Below are positions 18,058 to 28,107 of a stretch of 64,000 bases of DNA, piece after piece. Below the pieces are notes generated by a model. It was not told the DNA's origin and did no database searches. It saw only the letters and a program-made list of their open reading frames with translations. Made by a program: the position numbers and the translations under genes. The stretch is from an uncultured Candidatus Saccharibacteria bacterium (GTDB lineage Bacteria > Patescibacteriota > Andersenbacteria > UBA10190), in the NCBI GenBank assembly GCA_964371255.1, contig CAYJKV010000002.1, positions 66,553-130,552 on the forward strand, given 5' to 3'. Positions within the stretch are counted from its first letter, which is position 1, and each line of letters begins with the position of its first letter.

Positions 18058-18960
18058 TTACGGCCATTCATAACTGCGTTGCACCCATTCCACTACTGTT
18101 TTAATGTCCTGGAATCTTGATTCACTGCCCAAGACCACCGCCCCGATCCTTTGCCCTTTATCGCCATAAGTCATGACGACCAGGTTTTCTCCCGCCTCAG
18201 TGGTGTATCCTGTTTTAGCTGCCAAGACCGGAAAGTAAGTACCCAGCAGTTGATTAGTTGATTTGAATTTACGTGTTGCTCCGTTCTTGGTCGTTAGTGT
18301 ACCGTCTTCGGAAACCAAGAAGTTGCGCAATATTTTATCCCGATAATTGAGTTGAAACAATTCTTTGATGTCCCTAGCTGTCGAGTATTGTTCACCTCCA
18401 GCTAGGCCGGTCGCGTTGCTGATTTTTGTCGAATAAATACCGTTTTGTTTGATGAATCCATTTGCGGTATATACGAATTCATCTTCTGATCCTGATAAAC
18501 CATACGCCAAACTAACCATCGCATCATTAGCCGAAGCAATTAAGCCAGCGGCTAATAAGTCATCCGCCGACACCACGTCGCCGACCGGTAACTTAATGTT
18601 CGCGCCCATGCGCTGTGCCTTCAATGCCTCTGGTGGTATGGTCACCATCGTATTCATTGGCAAATATTTTCGTATCGTTAAAGCGGTGACTAATTTGCTT
18701 AGACTGGCTACCGGTCGTTTTTCATCAGCATTTTTTTCATACAAAATTATCCCAGTGGATTCATCCCAAACCAAGACTGCTCTAGCCGATAATACCACGT
18801 CAATCGCCTCGCCAGTTTTCATCGGCACCACCGGCCCATTAGTTACCCCCGCCACCGCCCCGGCATCTGTTGTCGACATTTTATCCTGAAGACAATCACT
18901 GCTTTGGTTGCTAACCAATAAGCAACTAATAATAACCACGGCCATGTTTAAGATCGACAT
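18058..18960 (-). CDS. D-alanyl-D-alanine carboxypeptidase (peptidase S11)
   Basis: SxxK (ASLSK), SxN (SAN), KTG (KTGYT); N-terminal signal/anchor. Confidence 0.9.
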   Translation of the reverse strand: MSILNMAVVIISCLLVSNQSSDCLQDKMSTTDAGAVAGVTNGPVVPMKTGEAIDVVLSARAVLVWDESTGIILYEKNADEKRPVASLSKLVTALTIRKYLPMNTMVTIPPEALKAQRMGANIKLPVGDVVSADDLLAAGLIASANDAMVSLAYGLSGSEDEFVYTANGFIKQNGIYSTKISNATGLAGGEQYSTARDIKELFQLNYRDKILRNFLVSEDGTLTTKNGATRKFKSTNQLLGTYFPVLAAKTGYTTEAGENLVVMTYGDKGQRIGAVVLGSESRFQDIKTVVEWVQRSYEWP

Positions 18961-18967
18961 ACTCAGC

Positions 18968-19786
18968 TTACTGATTGGCTTGTCGCCCAGCCGGTTGCGC
19001 GCGGTATTTCCAGAAATATTTTAAAGCTGACTTGATGTGCTCCCGCATTACCCAGTTAGTTGCTAGTCCCCACAAACCCCCATGCTCGCTGGTCCTCTGG
19101 TGGTAATGCGAAAACTTAGCCGTCGGCAAGTACTGAACCTTCCACCCCTTCATCCAAAACCTCCGGCACCAATCGACATCCTCGAAATAAAGGAAGAAAT
19201 TCTCATCCATGCCGCCCACTTGCTCTAAAGCTCTGGCATTAACCATCAGGCATGCACCCATTAACCAATCCACATCAGTGGGCGTCTGATGGTCATAATC
19301 TTTCATTAGAAATTTACGAACGGCCTGCTGTCCATTTTTTGTTTTACCCAACCACGTCCGCCGATATAGTACAGTTAATGGCCGGTAAAATTCATAACAA
19401 GAATATTGCAGCCGGCCGTTCGGTGAAAACAATTTACCGCCCAGGATACCTACCGCCGGATTCGCTTCCATGTATTCAATCATGGACATAATCGCTCCCT
19501 CCAAAACGACGATATCAGGGTTCAATATCAGCCTAAACTCTCCGGTGGTTTCCTTCAGGCCAACATTCACTCCGCCGGCTAGACCCATATTCCTGGCATT
19601 GCTTATCACTCTTATTTCTGGCCACTCAGAACGCAATAACTCCACGCTTTCATCAGCCGAAGCATTGTCCACTATCACAATCTCATATGGCCACGATAAC
19701 GTCTGCTTTAGAATCGATTGTACGCATGCTCGCGTCAGCTGGCCGGTATTATAGTTGACTATAATGATTGATAATTTCATGCCCAT
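18968..19786 (-). CDS. GT2 glycosyltransferase (WbbL/rhamnosyltransferase-like)
   Basis: IIIVNYN, VDNAS, LNPD, DWLMGAC, FFLYFEDVDWC. Confidence 0.9.
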   Translation of the reverse strand: MGMKLSIIIVNYNTGQLTRACVQSILKQTLSWPYEIVIVDNASADESVELLRSEWPEIRVISNARNMGLAGGVNVGLKETTGEFRLILNPDIVVLEGAIMSMIEYMEANPAVGILGGKLFSPNGRLQYSCYEFYRPLTVLYRRTWLGKTKNGQQAVRKFLMKDYDHQTPTDVDWLMGACLMVNARALEQVGGMDENFFLYFEDVDWCRRFWMKGWKVQYLPTAKFSHYHQRTSEHGGLWGLATNWVMREHIKSALKYFWKYRAQPAGRQANQ

Positions 19787-19797
19787 ATTCTTGAAAA

Positions 19798-20766
19798 CTA
19801 TCTATCTTCTTCGTGGTTATTCTGCCGCCAGTTAATTCGTTTATTCATAATTTTAGGGATGCCCATGACTGTCTCTACCAGCGTTGCTAGTAACGGCCAG
19901 TATACCGCGCCTAGCACCACAAAACCAAGTAACCGTATATCAACAAAGATTTCATGCCGCAGCGCATCTTTAACGGACGCGTTCTTTAGCATCATCCACA
20001 ACCAATTGCGCAGACCATATCGCGTTCTCTTGTCGCGTAATTTCTTAATCAGTAATACTATCCCTTCTCTCCAATTAGCGGCTGTTATTTTACCGAAGCC
20101 CCGGGCATGCACTCCCTGGGTAACGGCCACATATTTACATAGCCACCCTGCCTTCCTAAGACGCCAACCCAAATCCACATCTTCCTTATAAGCAAAAAAG
20201 TCCTCATCAAATATCTGACCATCGTTGCCCCGTACGTCTCGCAGGGCCGCCATTCTAAAACAGCCCGCGGCGCCAGTCACCGCTGCAAGCTCACGACTTT
20301 GTTGATATTGACCTGTATCGATTTCCCCTTCGCCAATCTCTTTGCCATTTAATGTCCAGGTCATCGCAATACCAGTGGAATCAATAATGTCTTGTCCTTC
20401 ACTATTTTTCCCCTTCAATAATTTGCCTTGTACTGCGCCGACTTTTTCATCGTCAAAAGCAGCTCGTAGCATCGACAAGCTTTCTTTAGCCAACACCAAA
20501 TCCGGGTTATGTAGCAGCACTAATTCTGTCGCACATTGCTTGAATCCGATATTATGGGCGGCGCCGAATCCCGTATTACGATCCAGACATATAATATCTG
20601 CTTTCGGTAACATTTGTTTGACAGTTTCCACTGATTCGTCAGACGAGTTATTATCGATATACCGAATCGTTATATCGTCTGGATAAGATGCTAATTGGCT
20701 CAAAGCCTTGGGTAATTCTGTGGCACTATTCCAGCCAACGATTTGAATGGTGAGAGTTTTTTCCAT
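19798..20766 (-). CDS. GT2 glycosyltransferase
   Basis: IDNNS, NTGFGAAHN, HNPD, FFAYKEDVDLGWR. Confidence 0.9.
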   Translation of the reverse strand: MEKTLTIQIVGWNSATELPKALSQLASYPDDITIRYIDNNSSDESVETVKQMLPKADIICLDRNTGFGAAHNIGFKQCATELVLLHNPDLVLAKESLSMLRAAFDDEKVGAVQGKLLKGKNSEGQDIIDSTGIAMTWTLNGKEIGEGEIDTGQYQQSRELAAVTGAAGCFRMAALRDVRGNDGQIFDEDFFAYKEDVDLGWRLRKAGWLCKYVAVTQGVHARGFGKITAANWREGIVLLIKKLRDKRTRYGLRNWLWMMLKNASVKDALRHEIFVDIRLLGFVVLGAVYWPLLATLVETVMGIPKIMNKRINWRQNNHEEDR

Positions 20767-20893
20767 AATTGTTGTTTATGCTGCTTCCTTTCAATATATG
20801 GCCTAGTCAAAATTACGTCACTTTATTACTCCTAACACACCCTTGCTTCACTCAACGTAAGGTGTATAACCCATCCATACGCAAAATACAACC

Positions 20894-22423
20894 ATGGACA
20901 CCATAACCTTAATTAGCCTTCTGCTGGCCACACCAACTATAATCTTTTCTGCCCTATCACAAATATATGTCTGGCAGCGCAAAGAATATCGGTGGGACCG
21001 GGTTCGCGCTGAACTCTCTGAGCGTGGGCTGTCGGCATCTGTTCTAATAATGTCTTTGGCTTATGTGCTGGCTCTCATCTCCTGGTGGTTAAACTTTCCC
21101 TTGCTGGCTGTTCTTTCTCTTGCCCTGTTTCTCTTGCCCTACCTCTGGCGCCTTTTTACCCGGGGGATTTTTCGTCCTGACTGGACAAACAAAGCGCGTT
21201 TGGTCGGGCTCATTGAAGGTGTTGCTCTCTCCCTGCTTTGGCTTATAATTCTCTTCTCTTCTAGTCGTCAGGCAGTTAACTTATTAATCCTGATTATTAT
21301 CGTCACTCCTTTGACGGCCCTCTGTGTCGGTTTGGTGAATTGGCTGACCAACCCTTATAAACGCCGCGTTATTGCCCGGAGCCTCGTTCTTCGTCGCAGT
21401 CTCCCGGACTTGACCGTGGTCGGTGTTACCGGTAGTTATGGTAAAACAACAACTAAGCATCTTTTATCTGTTCTGGTGCCCTCGGCTGTCGTTTCCAGTG
21501 AGCACCGCAATTCTCCTTTCGTTATCGCTCAAGACATGCAGCAACAACTGTCCGATCAGACCAAAGTCTATATCGTGGAAATGAGCGCCTACCGTTCAGG
21601 AGAAATCCGAGAGTTGACTAATCTGACTATGCCAACCGTGGGCGTTATCACCAATATTAGCAACCAGCACCTGGCCCTATTTGGGTCGCTGCCAAAACTA
21701 ATCCAGACAAAATGGGAATTAATTAAGGCGCTACCTTCTTCCGGTATTGCGGTGCTCAATGCGGATGATCATAACCAGATAGTTCAGGCCCATTCCTATC
21801 CTGGCAAGATTTATTGGTTTTCCGCTACTAAACCGGCGGATGTCTATGCTAGTCGCGTCTCTTATTTGCCCGATCAGATTATTTTCCAGCTTCACCTGTT
21901 TTCTCGCGCCTACCCCGTGACCGTACCTTTGCTGAGCGAGGCATACCTGACCAGCCTCTTGGCCGCTGTGACGACGGCCTTAGCGGTCGGGACACCGCCA
22001 GCTGATATTATTAGCCGCCTGCCCTTACTTATGCCATATCCTCGCACTATGCAATTATTAACCGGCCCTTCCAACAGCCAAATTATCGATGATAGTTATT
22101 CAGCTAACGAACAATCCGTTCTGAATGCGCTTCGTCACTTACAGCGTTTTTCCGCCGTTGATCGACGGGTAATCATGGTGCCATTAATTGAATTAGGACC
22201 GACCGCTAAGGCCGTTCATGAGCGGATTGGTTTAGCACTCAAAGCAGCTGGTGCTAAGGTATATGTCTATGGCAGCGCTTGGCATCGCGAGCTTGACCAG
22301 CCATATTTTGCTAATCCTCGTTCTCTTAGAAAAATAGCCTGCCAGAATATATCAGCCCGCACAGTTATTTTACTCGAAGGGCGGATTCCGCCCTTAGTTC
22401 ATCAAGCCTTACATCTTTCCTAG
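20894..22423 (+). CDS. murF: MurF-like Mur ligase with N-terminal transmembrane domain
   Basis: GVTGSYGKTTTK, VEMSAY..GEI, ITNI..QHL, LNADD, IIDDSYSAN, ELG...H; hydrophobic first ~150 aa. Confidence 0.82.
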   Translation: MDTITLISLLLATPTIIFSALSQIYVWQRKEYRWDRVRAELSERGLSASVLIMSLAYVLALISWWLNFPLLAVLSLALFLLPYLWRLFTRGIFRPDWTNKARLVGLIEGVALSLLWLIILFSSSRQAVNLLILIIIVTPLTALCVGLVNWLTNPYKRRVIARSLVLRRSLPDLTVVGVTGSYGKTTTKHLLSVLVPSAVVSSEHRNSPFVIAQDMQQQLSDQTKVYIVEMSAYRSGEIRELTNLTMPTVGVITNISNQHLALFGSLPKLIQTKWELIKALPSSGIAVLNADDHNQIVQAHSYPGKIYWFSATKPADVYASRVSYLPDQIIFQLHLFSRAYPVTVPLLSEAYLTSLLAAVTTALAVGTPPADIISRLPLLMPYPRTMQLLTGPSNSQIIDDSYSANEQSVLNALRHLQRFSAVDRRVIMVPLIELGPTAKAVHERIGLALKAAGAKVYVYGSAWHRELDQPYFANPRSLRKIACQNISARTVILLEGRIPPLVHQALHLS

Positions 22424-22443
22424 CACCCATATCTATTAATCCT

Positions 22444-23682
22444 ATGCCAATTACCATTTCCCTTTCTCCCAATACACAATCCGATGATGTCTGGCGGGCT
22501 ATGCAAATTTTATTCTCGCCCTGGCGCTGGTCGGACAAAAAAGTTATTGATCAGATCTTACCCATCCTCTCTAAACACTTAGCTAATCGACCAGCTGTCT
22601 TAGTCTCCTCCGGACGTACCGCCATTTATCGCACATTGGAAGCGCTCGGCATTGGCCTGGGTGACGAAGTAATTATTCAAGCCTTCACCTGTCTGGCCGT
22701 TCCCGCTCCTATCCTATGGCGTCATGCCATACCGGTTTATGCCGACATTGATCTCTCAACTTATAATTACAACCTGGCGGATGTCGCAAAAAAAATCACT
22801 CCTCGCACCAAGGCCATCATTGTCCAACATACCTTTGGTATCGCCGGGCCGCTTGCTGGCCTCCGCCAATTAGCCGACCAACACCACCTTACTTTAATCG
22901 AAGACCTGTCGCACGCTTTTGGCGCTTTCTCTAAAGACCACCCGCTCGGCACTTTCGGACATGTGGCTATCTTAAGTTTCGGTCGTGACAAAACCATTTC
23001 CTGTGTCTACGGCGGAGCGATCGTCAGCATAGATGCTGGTCTGATTAAACATATCTCTGCTATTCAAGACTCCTTGCCGCTCGCGCCCGCCTGGTGGGTA
23101 ATACAACAATTGTTGCATCCGATCTTGATGTCGCTGATCGTCCGCTTTTATTTCTGGGGCAGTATTGGCAAAATATTTTTGGTGGGCGCGCAAAAACTTA
23201 AACTACTTAGCATGGCCGTAACCAATAACGAAAAGCTTGGCGGTCAACCCGCGTTTATTAATTGGCAGTTTTCTCCTGCGCTAGGCTTTTTGCTCCGGCA
23301 TCAACTGGGTAAATTCGGGCGGTACACTGCCAGACGTCAGGCCATTGCCCAGCAATATTTGACTCAGCTTCCGGCCGCCAAACAACTTACGCCCGCCAAC
23401 AAACCCAATTGGCTGCGCTTTCCTTTGCGCGTTAAAAACCGAACCCCATTATTGAAGTACGCCCGCCAACATCATATTTTGCTGGGCAATTGGTATGATC
23501 AACCCGTCACCCCGATTAGTTGCCAAGCACCTCATGTCTCTGGCTATCTTCCCGGTTCCTGCCCACAGGCGGAACTGGCAGCTTCTACTACCATCAACTT
23601 ACCGACTAATCCCAGTCTTTCTGACCACCAGATTTCCGAGATTATTGCGGTTTTATCCAAAGCCCGCTGGGCGCGTATTTAA
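22444..23682 (+). CDS. DegT/DnrJ/EryC1/StrS-family PLP-dependent aminotransferase
   Basis: SSGRTA, GDEVI..FTC.AV, KAIIVQHTFG, IEDLSH, SFGRDK (PLP lysine), INLPT. Confidence 0.88.
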   Translation: MPITISLSPNTQSDDVWRAMQILFSPWRWSDKKVIDQILPILSKHLANRPAVLVSSGRTAIYRTLEALGIGLGDEVIIQAFTCLAVPAPILWRHAIPVYADIDLSTYNYNLADVAKKITPRTKAIIVQHTFGIAGPLAGLRQLADQHHLTLIEDLSHAFGAFSKDHPLGTFGHVAILSFGRDKTISCVYGGAIVSIDAGLIKHISAIQDSLPLAPAWWVIQQLLHPILMSLIVRFYFWGSIGKIFLVGAQKLKLLSMAVTNNEKLGGQPAFINWQFSPALGFLLRHQLGKFGRYTARRQAIAQQYLTQLPAAKQLTPANKPNWLRFPLRVKNRTPLLKYARQHHILLGNWYDQPVTPISCQAPHVSGYLPGSCPQAELAASTTINLPTNPSLSDHQISEIIAVLSKARWARI

Positions 23683-23699
23683 TTTGCCACCTTATATCT

Positions 23700-24716
23700 A
23701 TGGACATTCATCCAATATCCGATCAGCAGTCATGGAACAACTTTGTCCTCTCCTGTCCTGATCAATCATTCCTGCAATCGTGGCAGTGGGGCCAGGTGCA
23801 GCGTCAAATGGGTGAGCCCGTCGATTATTTAGGCTTTTTCTCTGCTGACCGTTTGATTGGCGTTGCCTTGATTATCACTGTGCGCGCGCGGCGAGGTTGG
23901 CACTATCTTGTACCGCATGGTCCCCTAGCCGCGAACAATGAAACAATGCGAAGAATCATTCCTTTCTTAGTTGATTATTTAAGACAACACGCACCGCGTC
24001 GTCTTTCTGCCATCCGTCTCGCTCCTTTCTTGCCGTCGACCCCCGAGCATACCGATTTTTTTAAGCATCAGCGTTTTATCTCTGCTCCTTTGCACGTTCA
24101 CGCGGAACAAACCTGGGTGCTCGATATCAATCGTCCGGACGCTGAATTACTGGCGGGTATGCGGAAAACTACGCGTCAGGCTATTCGAAAAGCCCAACAA
24201 CAAAATGTGACAGTTGAGCTTGTCACCGACGACGCGGCCCTACCTGTTTTTTGGGAACTCTATCAACAAACTAAACAGCGTCACCATTTTGTACCGTGGT
24301 CACATGACATGCTCGCCGCGCAGCTCTCCGTCTTTTCCGCCGCCAATAATGTATTTTCAGTCACTGCTCGCGTCGCTGATCGCCCGGTAGCGGCGGCTAT
24401 CCTAATTCATTTTGGCCATACGGTTTATTATTACCATGGTGCTTCCATCAGGCTGCCCAATGCCGCGCCTGCCAGCCAATTACTACAGTGGCACGCTATT
24501 CAAACAGCTCGCGCTCGCCAGGCTAACCTTTACAATTTTTGGGGTATTGCGCCAGACAACCAACCGCACCACCCTTTTGCCGGCATTACTACTTTTAAAA
24601 AGGGCTTCGGTGGTCGAGCTGTTAATCTTCATCACGCGCAAGACCTGCCCTTAACTTGGCGCTACTGGCCTTTGTTTATAATTGAAAAATCACGCCAGCT
24701 GCGCCGCGGTTTTTAA
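23700..24716 (+). CDS. FemABX-family (FemX-sized) tRNA-dependent aminoacyltransferase
   Basis: FLQSWQWG, PHGP, MRKTTRQAIRKA, YYHGAS, LLQWHAI, YNFWGI, FKKGFGG. Confidence 0.9.
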   Translation: MDIHPISDQQSWNNFVLSCPDQSFLQSWQWGQVQRQMGEPVDYLGFFSADRLIGVALIITVRARRGWHYLVPHGPLAANNETMRRIIPFLVDYLRQHAPRRLSAIRLAPFLPSTPEHTDFFKHQRFISAPLHVHAEQTWVLDINRPDAELLAGMRKTTRQAIRKAQQQNVTVELVTDDAALPVFWELYQQTKQRHHFVPWSHDMLAAQLSVFSAANNVFSVTARVADRPVAAAILIHFGHTVYYYHGASIRLPNAAPASQLLQWHAIQTARARQANLYNFWGIAPDNQPHHPFAGITTFKKGFGGRAVNLHHAQDLPLTWRYWPLFIIEKSRQLRRGF

Positions 24717-24870
24717 AAAATACTTTCTGTCCTTATCCCCCAATTATTATATCTGCCTCTTTCCGATCAATTGATCATTGCTCCTTACCTAGTACCTCAT
24801 TGATTACAAATACTCGGGCAGCATTTCCTTTTCGATTTATTTATCAAAAGAGCCGCCTTCGTGTGTGTGA

Positions 24871-26343
24871 TTATTCTTCTTGATCGCCGCGTTCACTGTC
24901 TGTCAAAATGACCTGCCTGCTGGCTGCCGTTAATCCGGCCACAATCCAAAACATCGCGTTGGTCGGCCAAATATCCCAAATGTCAATAAAAAACGCCTGC
25001 ATAACAAAGGCTGCCAGCCAACCAACTCCCCACAAACCAATGATTTTACTGGTCGCGTTCGTGGCGCCGATTGTGTCGAAACAACTCAGCAAAAAACGCC
25101 AATATAACCAGCCATATAATAATAAACCAGCTAAACCCATCTCGACCATTGTTTTCAAGTATTGGTTGTCAACCAAGGTCTGGTTCTTGATCAACTGCAC
25201 GTCGCGGCTATTGCCCGTCGCGATGTCATAAATCTGAATATCATCTTGTCTGAAATTTTGCATCATCACGTCACCCAGTCCCTTGCCTACTAACGCTTCC
25301 GTGTTGGTCATGGGTCCGATTAGTCTCGCCATAAATTGCAGCCGCTCCTCGTTACTGGCATAACGCGGGTCGATAAATGATCGGACGTAAATACCGGCGC
25401 GTGTGTAGTGCATCATGCCCAAGGTTCCGCCAACCATAATCACGCCGGCCACTACAATGATTTTTACTAAGGATTTCCGGCTCATTGTCTTGGCTAGCTC
25501 TGTCATGCCCCAAGTGACAATTACCGCACTCATGCCGACTATGAATCCTATCCAAACAGCCCTTGAATAAGTCAGCCAGATGAACGGTAAAATTATCAGC
25601 CACAAGCCCAGCCAAACCAACCGCTGCTTTTTATTAGTCCAAACCATGCCTATGGCAGCCACTAATAAGCAAATACTGACGATGTACTGACCAAAAATAC
25701 TGGGATGTGCCAGTGTGCTGGAAATTCTGGGGATCCAAATCATTCGCACCGGGTCAAATCGCAGCACCGCGCTATCCATGGCCCATAACCACTGATAAAT
25801 ACCTAGTAGCGCCACCACCCCCGCACTATTTAATAACCAGACTAATCGCTGCTTCATCCGTTGCTGTGAATGCGGTAGATACAGTACTCCGAAGTATAAG
25901 AAAGCGTAAATAATAATATCTCGGGCTCGCAGGATTCCCAGCACTAAACCATTATCTGCCCGCAGCGCCTCCATGCCAGTCCAAATTATCAACCAGATAA
26001 TTGGTGTTGTTAGCGCAGCTCTCCGGTAGGGCAATGTTTGCCTGATAATTGGCCAAAGAAATTGCCGTGTGAATAAAGTAACAATAATTACATCTTTAAC
26101 CAGCGTGGCCGTACCAATAGTTTGCGTTATCTTCAGCATTGGCAGGATCGGCGCTAACACTATCAGCAGCCACAATCCTTGTTCCGGATTTTGCCAAACC
26201 CACCAGGCCGTGGCCATAAACAATAGACAGAAAAATCCCAACTGCCAACTCAGAAACACTGCAATAAAACTTGCTACCAAACCGGCTACTATAATCCAAC
26301 TGATACTATTCACCGACTCTTGCCAACGAGATGTCATGTTCAT
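24871..26343 (-). CDS. O-antigen ligase / Wzy_C-like integral membrane protein
   Basis: Multi-TM; RISSTLAHPSIFG, TYSRAVWIG, GKGLG, VDNQYLKTMVEMGLAG. Start placed at 26343 after the upstream stop (track: 26397). Confidence 0.85.
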   Translation of the reverse strand: MNMTSRWQESVNSISWIIVAGLVASFIAVFLSWQLGFFCLLFMATAWWVWQNPEQGLWLLIVLAPILPMLKITQTIGTATLVKDVIIVTLFTRQFLWPIIRQTLPYRRAALTTPIIWLIIWTGMEALRADNGLVLGILRARDIIIYAFLYFGVLYLPHSQQRMKQRLVWLLNSAGVVALLGIYQWLWAMDSAVLRFDPVRMIWIPRISSTLAHPSIFGQYIVSICLLVAAIGMVWTNKKQRLVWLGLWLIILPFIWLTYSRAVWIGFIVGMSAVIVTWGMTELAKTMSRKSLVKIIVVAGVIMVGGTLGMMHYTRAGIYVRSFIDPRYASNEERLQFMARLIGPMTNTEALVGKGLGDVMMQNFRQDDIQIYDIATGNSRDVQLIKNQTLVDNQYLKTMVEMGLAGLLLYGWLYWRFLLSCFDTIGATNATSKIIGLWGVGWLAAFVMQAFFIDIWDIWPTNAMFWIVAGLTAASRQVILTDSERGDQEE

Positions 26344-26348
26344 AACAG

Positions 26349-27236
26349 TTAACCTCTCATTTTTTGCCGCCATTGCTTCATCGAGGCCGGTATCCACAAA
26401 CTAACATTGATGATACTCAATAAGTAAATCAGCATAACAGACGGTGTATTAAAATATTTTCTAGTGTAGCGCAACATACTCTTTAACCACGGCCAATTCT
26501 TTCGGATGCCAATTACCTGCCGAAAACTGACCCCACCCAAATGAATGCCTCGGGCGCTTGGCGTATACCACACTTCCCAGCCCAAATCTGCCGCCCGGTG
26601 ACAATAATCCACTTCCTCAAACCAGACGAAAAATCCGTCATCAAGATACCCCACCTGCTGCCCGCACGTATTCCTAATAAGAAAAATCGCTCCCATGACT
26701 TGATCAACCCTCTGCTCCTGATCGTAATTAATCGTTGCCTCCTTCACCATCAAGCCCAGCTTAAGGGTGAAATAAACCATGTCCTTGGTATTTGGGAAAT
26801 GTCTGACGGAAGGTTGTAGTGTCTGATCGCTGTTTAGGATTTTTGGCCCCACGATCCCGATGCGTTCGTGACGATCCAGCAAGGATACCAAATTGGCTAT
26901 CATCCCAGGCAACGCGACCGTGTCCGGATTTAACAATAAAACGTGGGCGACCGATCCCCGCTCTTGCTGCCTCCTTAAGCCGATATTATTAGCGGCCGCA
27001 AAGCCTAGATTCCGGTCATTCATGATAAACCTGACGGCCGGTTTGTTGTTCAGGTCTGATACCGCCTGTTTTGCCTCGACCACAGATCGATCATTCGACG
27101 CGTTATCGACAACTATTACTTCCTCAATCATTTGCCTCTCCGGCAGGGCCGCTAGTGATCGCACACAATCTGCCAGACAGTGGCCGGTATTCCAGTTCAC
27201 TATTATAATTACGACCGTGCGGTTATCTGCAGTCAT
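26349..27236 (-). CDS. GT2 glycosyltransferase (WbbL-like)
   Basis: IIIVNWN, VDNAS, NLGFAAANN, LLNPDT, FFVWFEEVDYC. Confidence 0.9.
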   Translation of the reverse strand: MTADNRTVVIIIVNWNTGHCLADCVRSLAALPERQMIEEVIVVDNASNDRSVVEAKQAVSDLNNKPAVRFIMNDRNLGFAAANNIGLRRQQERGSVAHVLLLNPDTVALPGMIANLVSLLDRHERIGIVGPKILNSDQTLQPSVRHFPNTKDMVYFTLKLGLMVKEATINYDQEQRVDQVMGAIFLIRNTCGQQVGYLDDGFFVWFEEVDYCHRAADLGWEVWYTPSARGIHLGGVSFRQVIGIRKNWPWLKSMLRYTRKYFNTPSVMLIYLLSIINVSLWIPASMKQWRQKMRG

Positions 27237-27282
27237 ATCCGTTATCTATTAAAAAACTAATCCTAATCCTACTTTATATCTA

Positions 27283-28038
27283 ATGACCAATCTACAACAA
27301 ATAAAAACCTATTTAGACGATTATCTCAATCTCGCCAGCTTTAGTGATGACTCTTGGAATGGGCTGCAATACGAGGGATCGTCTCAAATTCATAAGATCG
27401 CTTCAGCTGTTGATGCCACTTCCCAAGCGTTCGCGGCGGCCGGGGAGGCGGGTGCAGATATGCTCTTAGTCCATCACGGCTTGTTCTGGCACCAGTCGAA
27501 TCCCTCGTTGGTTGGCTGGCAAAAAGATAGGCTAGATTTATTAAGGAGTCAACAAATATCTCTTTATGCTGCTCATTTACCCCTCGACCAACATCCAGTC
27601 GTTGGCAACAACGCCCAAATTTTGAACCTGCTTAAGGCCCAGCGTACGGTTGGATTTTATCCCCACGACAATAATAACATCGGCTGGATAGGTCAGGTAA
27701 AACCAACCGCCCTATCGACCATTACTGACCAGTTAAACACAGGCCTGGCCGCTGCCTGCCGGGTTTTACCATTCGGCAAAAAACAGGTCACAACCATTGC
27801 TGTTTGTTCTGGGAGTGGCGGTTATGCCGGCTTTTTTGCTGCTTTGGCTGCCCATGTTGATCTGTACATCAGCGGCGACCCTGTCTACGTGGATCCTAAC
27901 GCGAAGGAAGCCCGGCTCAATGTCATATTTGCCGGACATTATGCGACCGAAACATTGGGTGTCATAACCCTGTCGGAGCAGTTGTCCCGGCAATATTCAC
28001 TGCCGCATACGTTTCTGGAACTGCCACCTGATCCCTGA
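27283..28038 (+). CDS. Nif3/YbgI-like dinuclear metal-centre protein
   Basis: NGLQ, AVDAT, VHHGLFW, AHLPLD.HP..GNN, GHYATE. Confidence 0.93.
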   Translation: MTNLQQIKTYLDDYLNLASFSDDSWNGLQYEGSSQIHKIASAVDATSQAFAAAGEAGADMLLVHHGLFWHQSNPSLVGWQKDRLDLLRSQQISLYAAHLPLDQHPVVGNNAQILNLLKAQRTVGFYPHDNNNIGWIGQVKPTALSTITDQLNTGLAAACRVLPFGKKQVTTIAVCSGSGGYAGFFAALAAHVDLYISGDPVYVDPNAKEARLNVIFAGHYATETLGVITLSEQLSRQYSLPHTFLELPPDP

Positions 28039-28078
28039 TCATTAGTTCTGCCATCTTTGAGTGCTCGCTAAAAACGAT

Positions 28079-28107
28079 AAAAAAAAGCCGACCTGCAATG
28101 ATCAGCT
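28079..28107 (-). terminator. Intrinsic terminator of the orphan gene
   Basis: Minus strand AGCTGATC-ATTGCA-GGTCGGCT (8-bp stem with two G-U pairs) followed by a T run; the stem overlaps the TGA stop. Confidence 0.75.
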
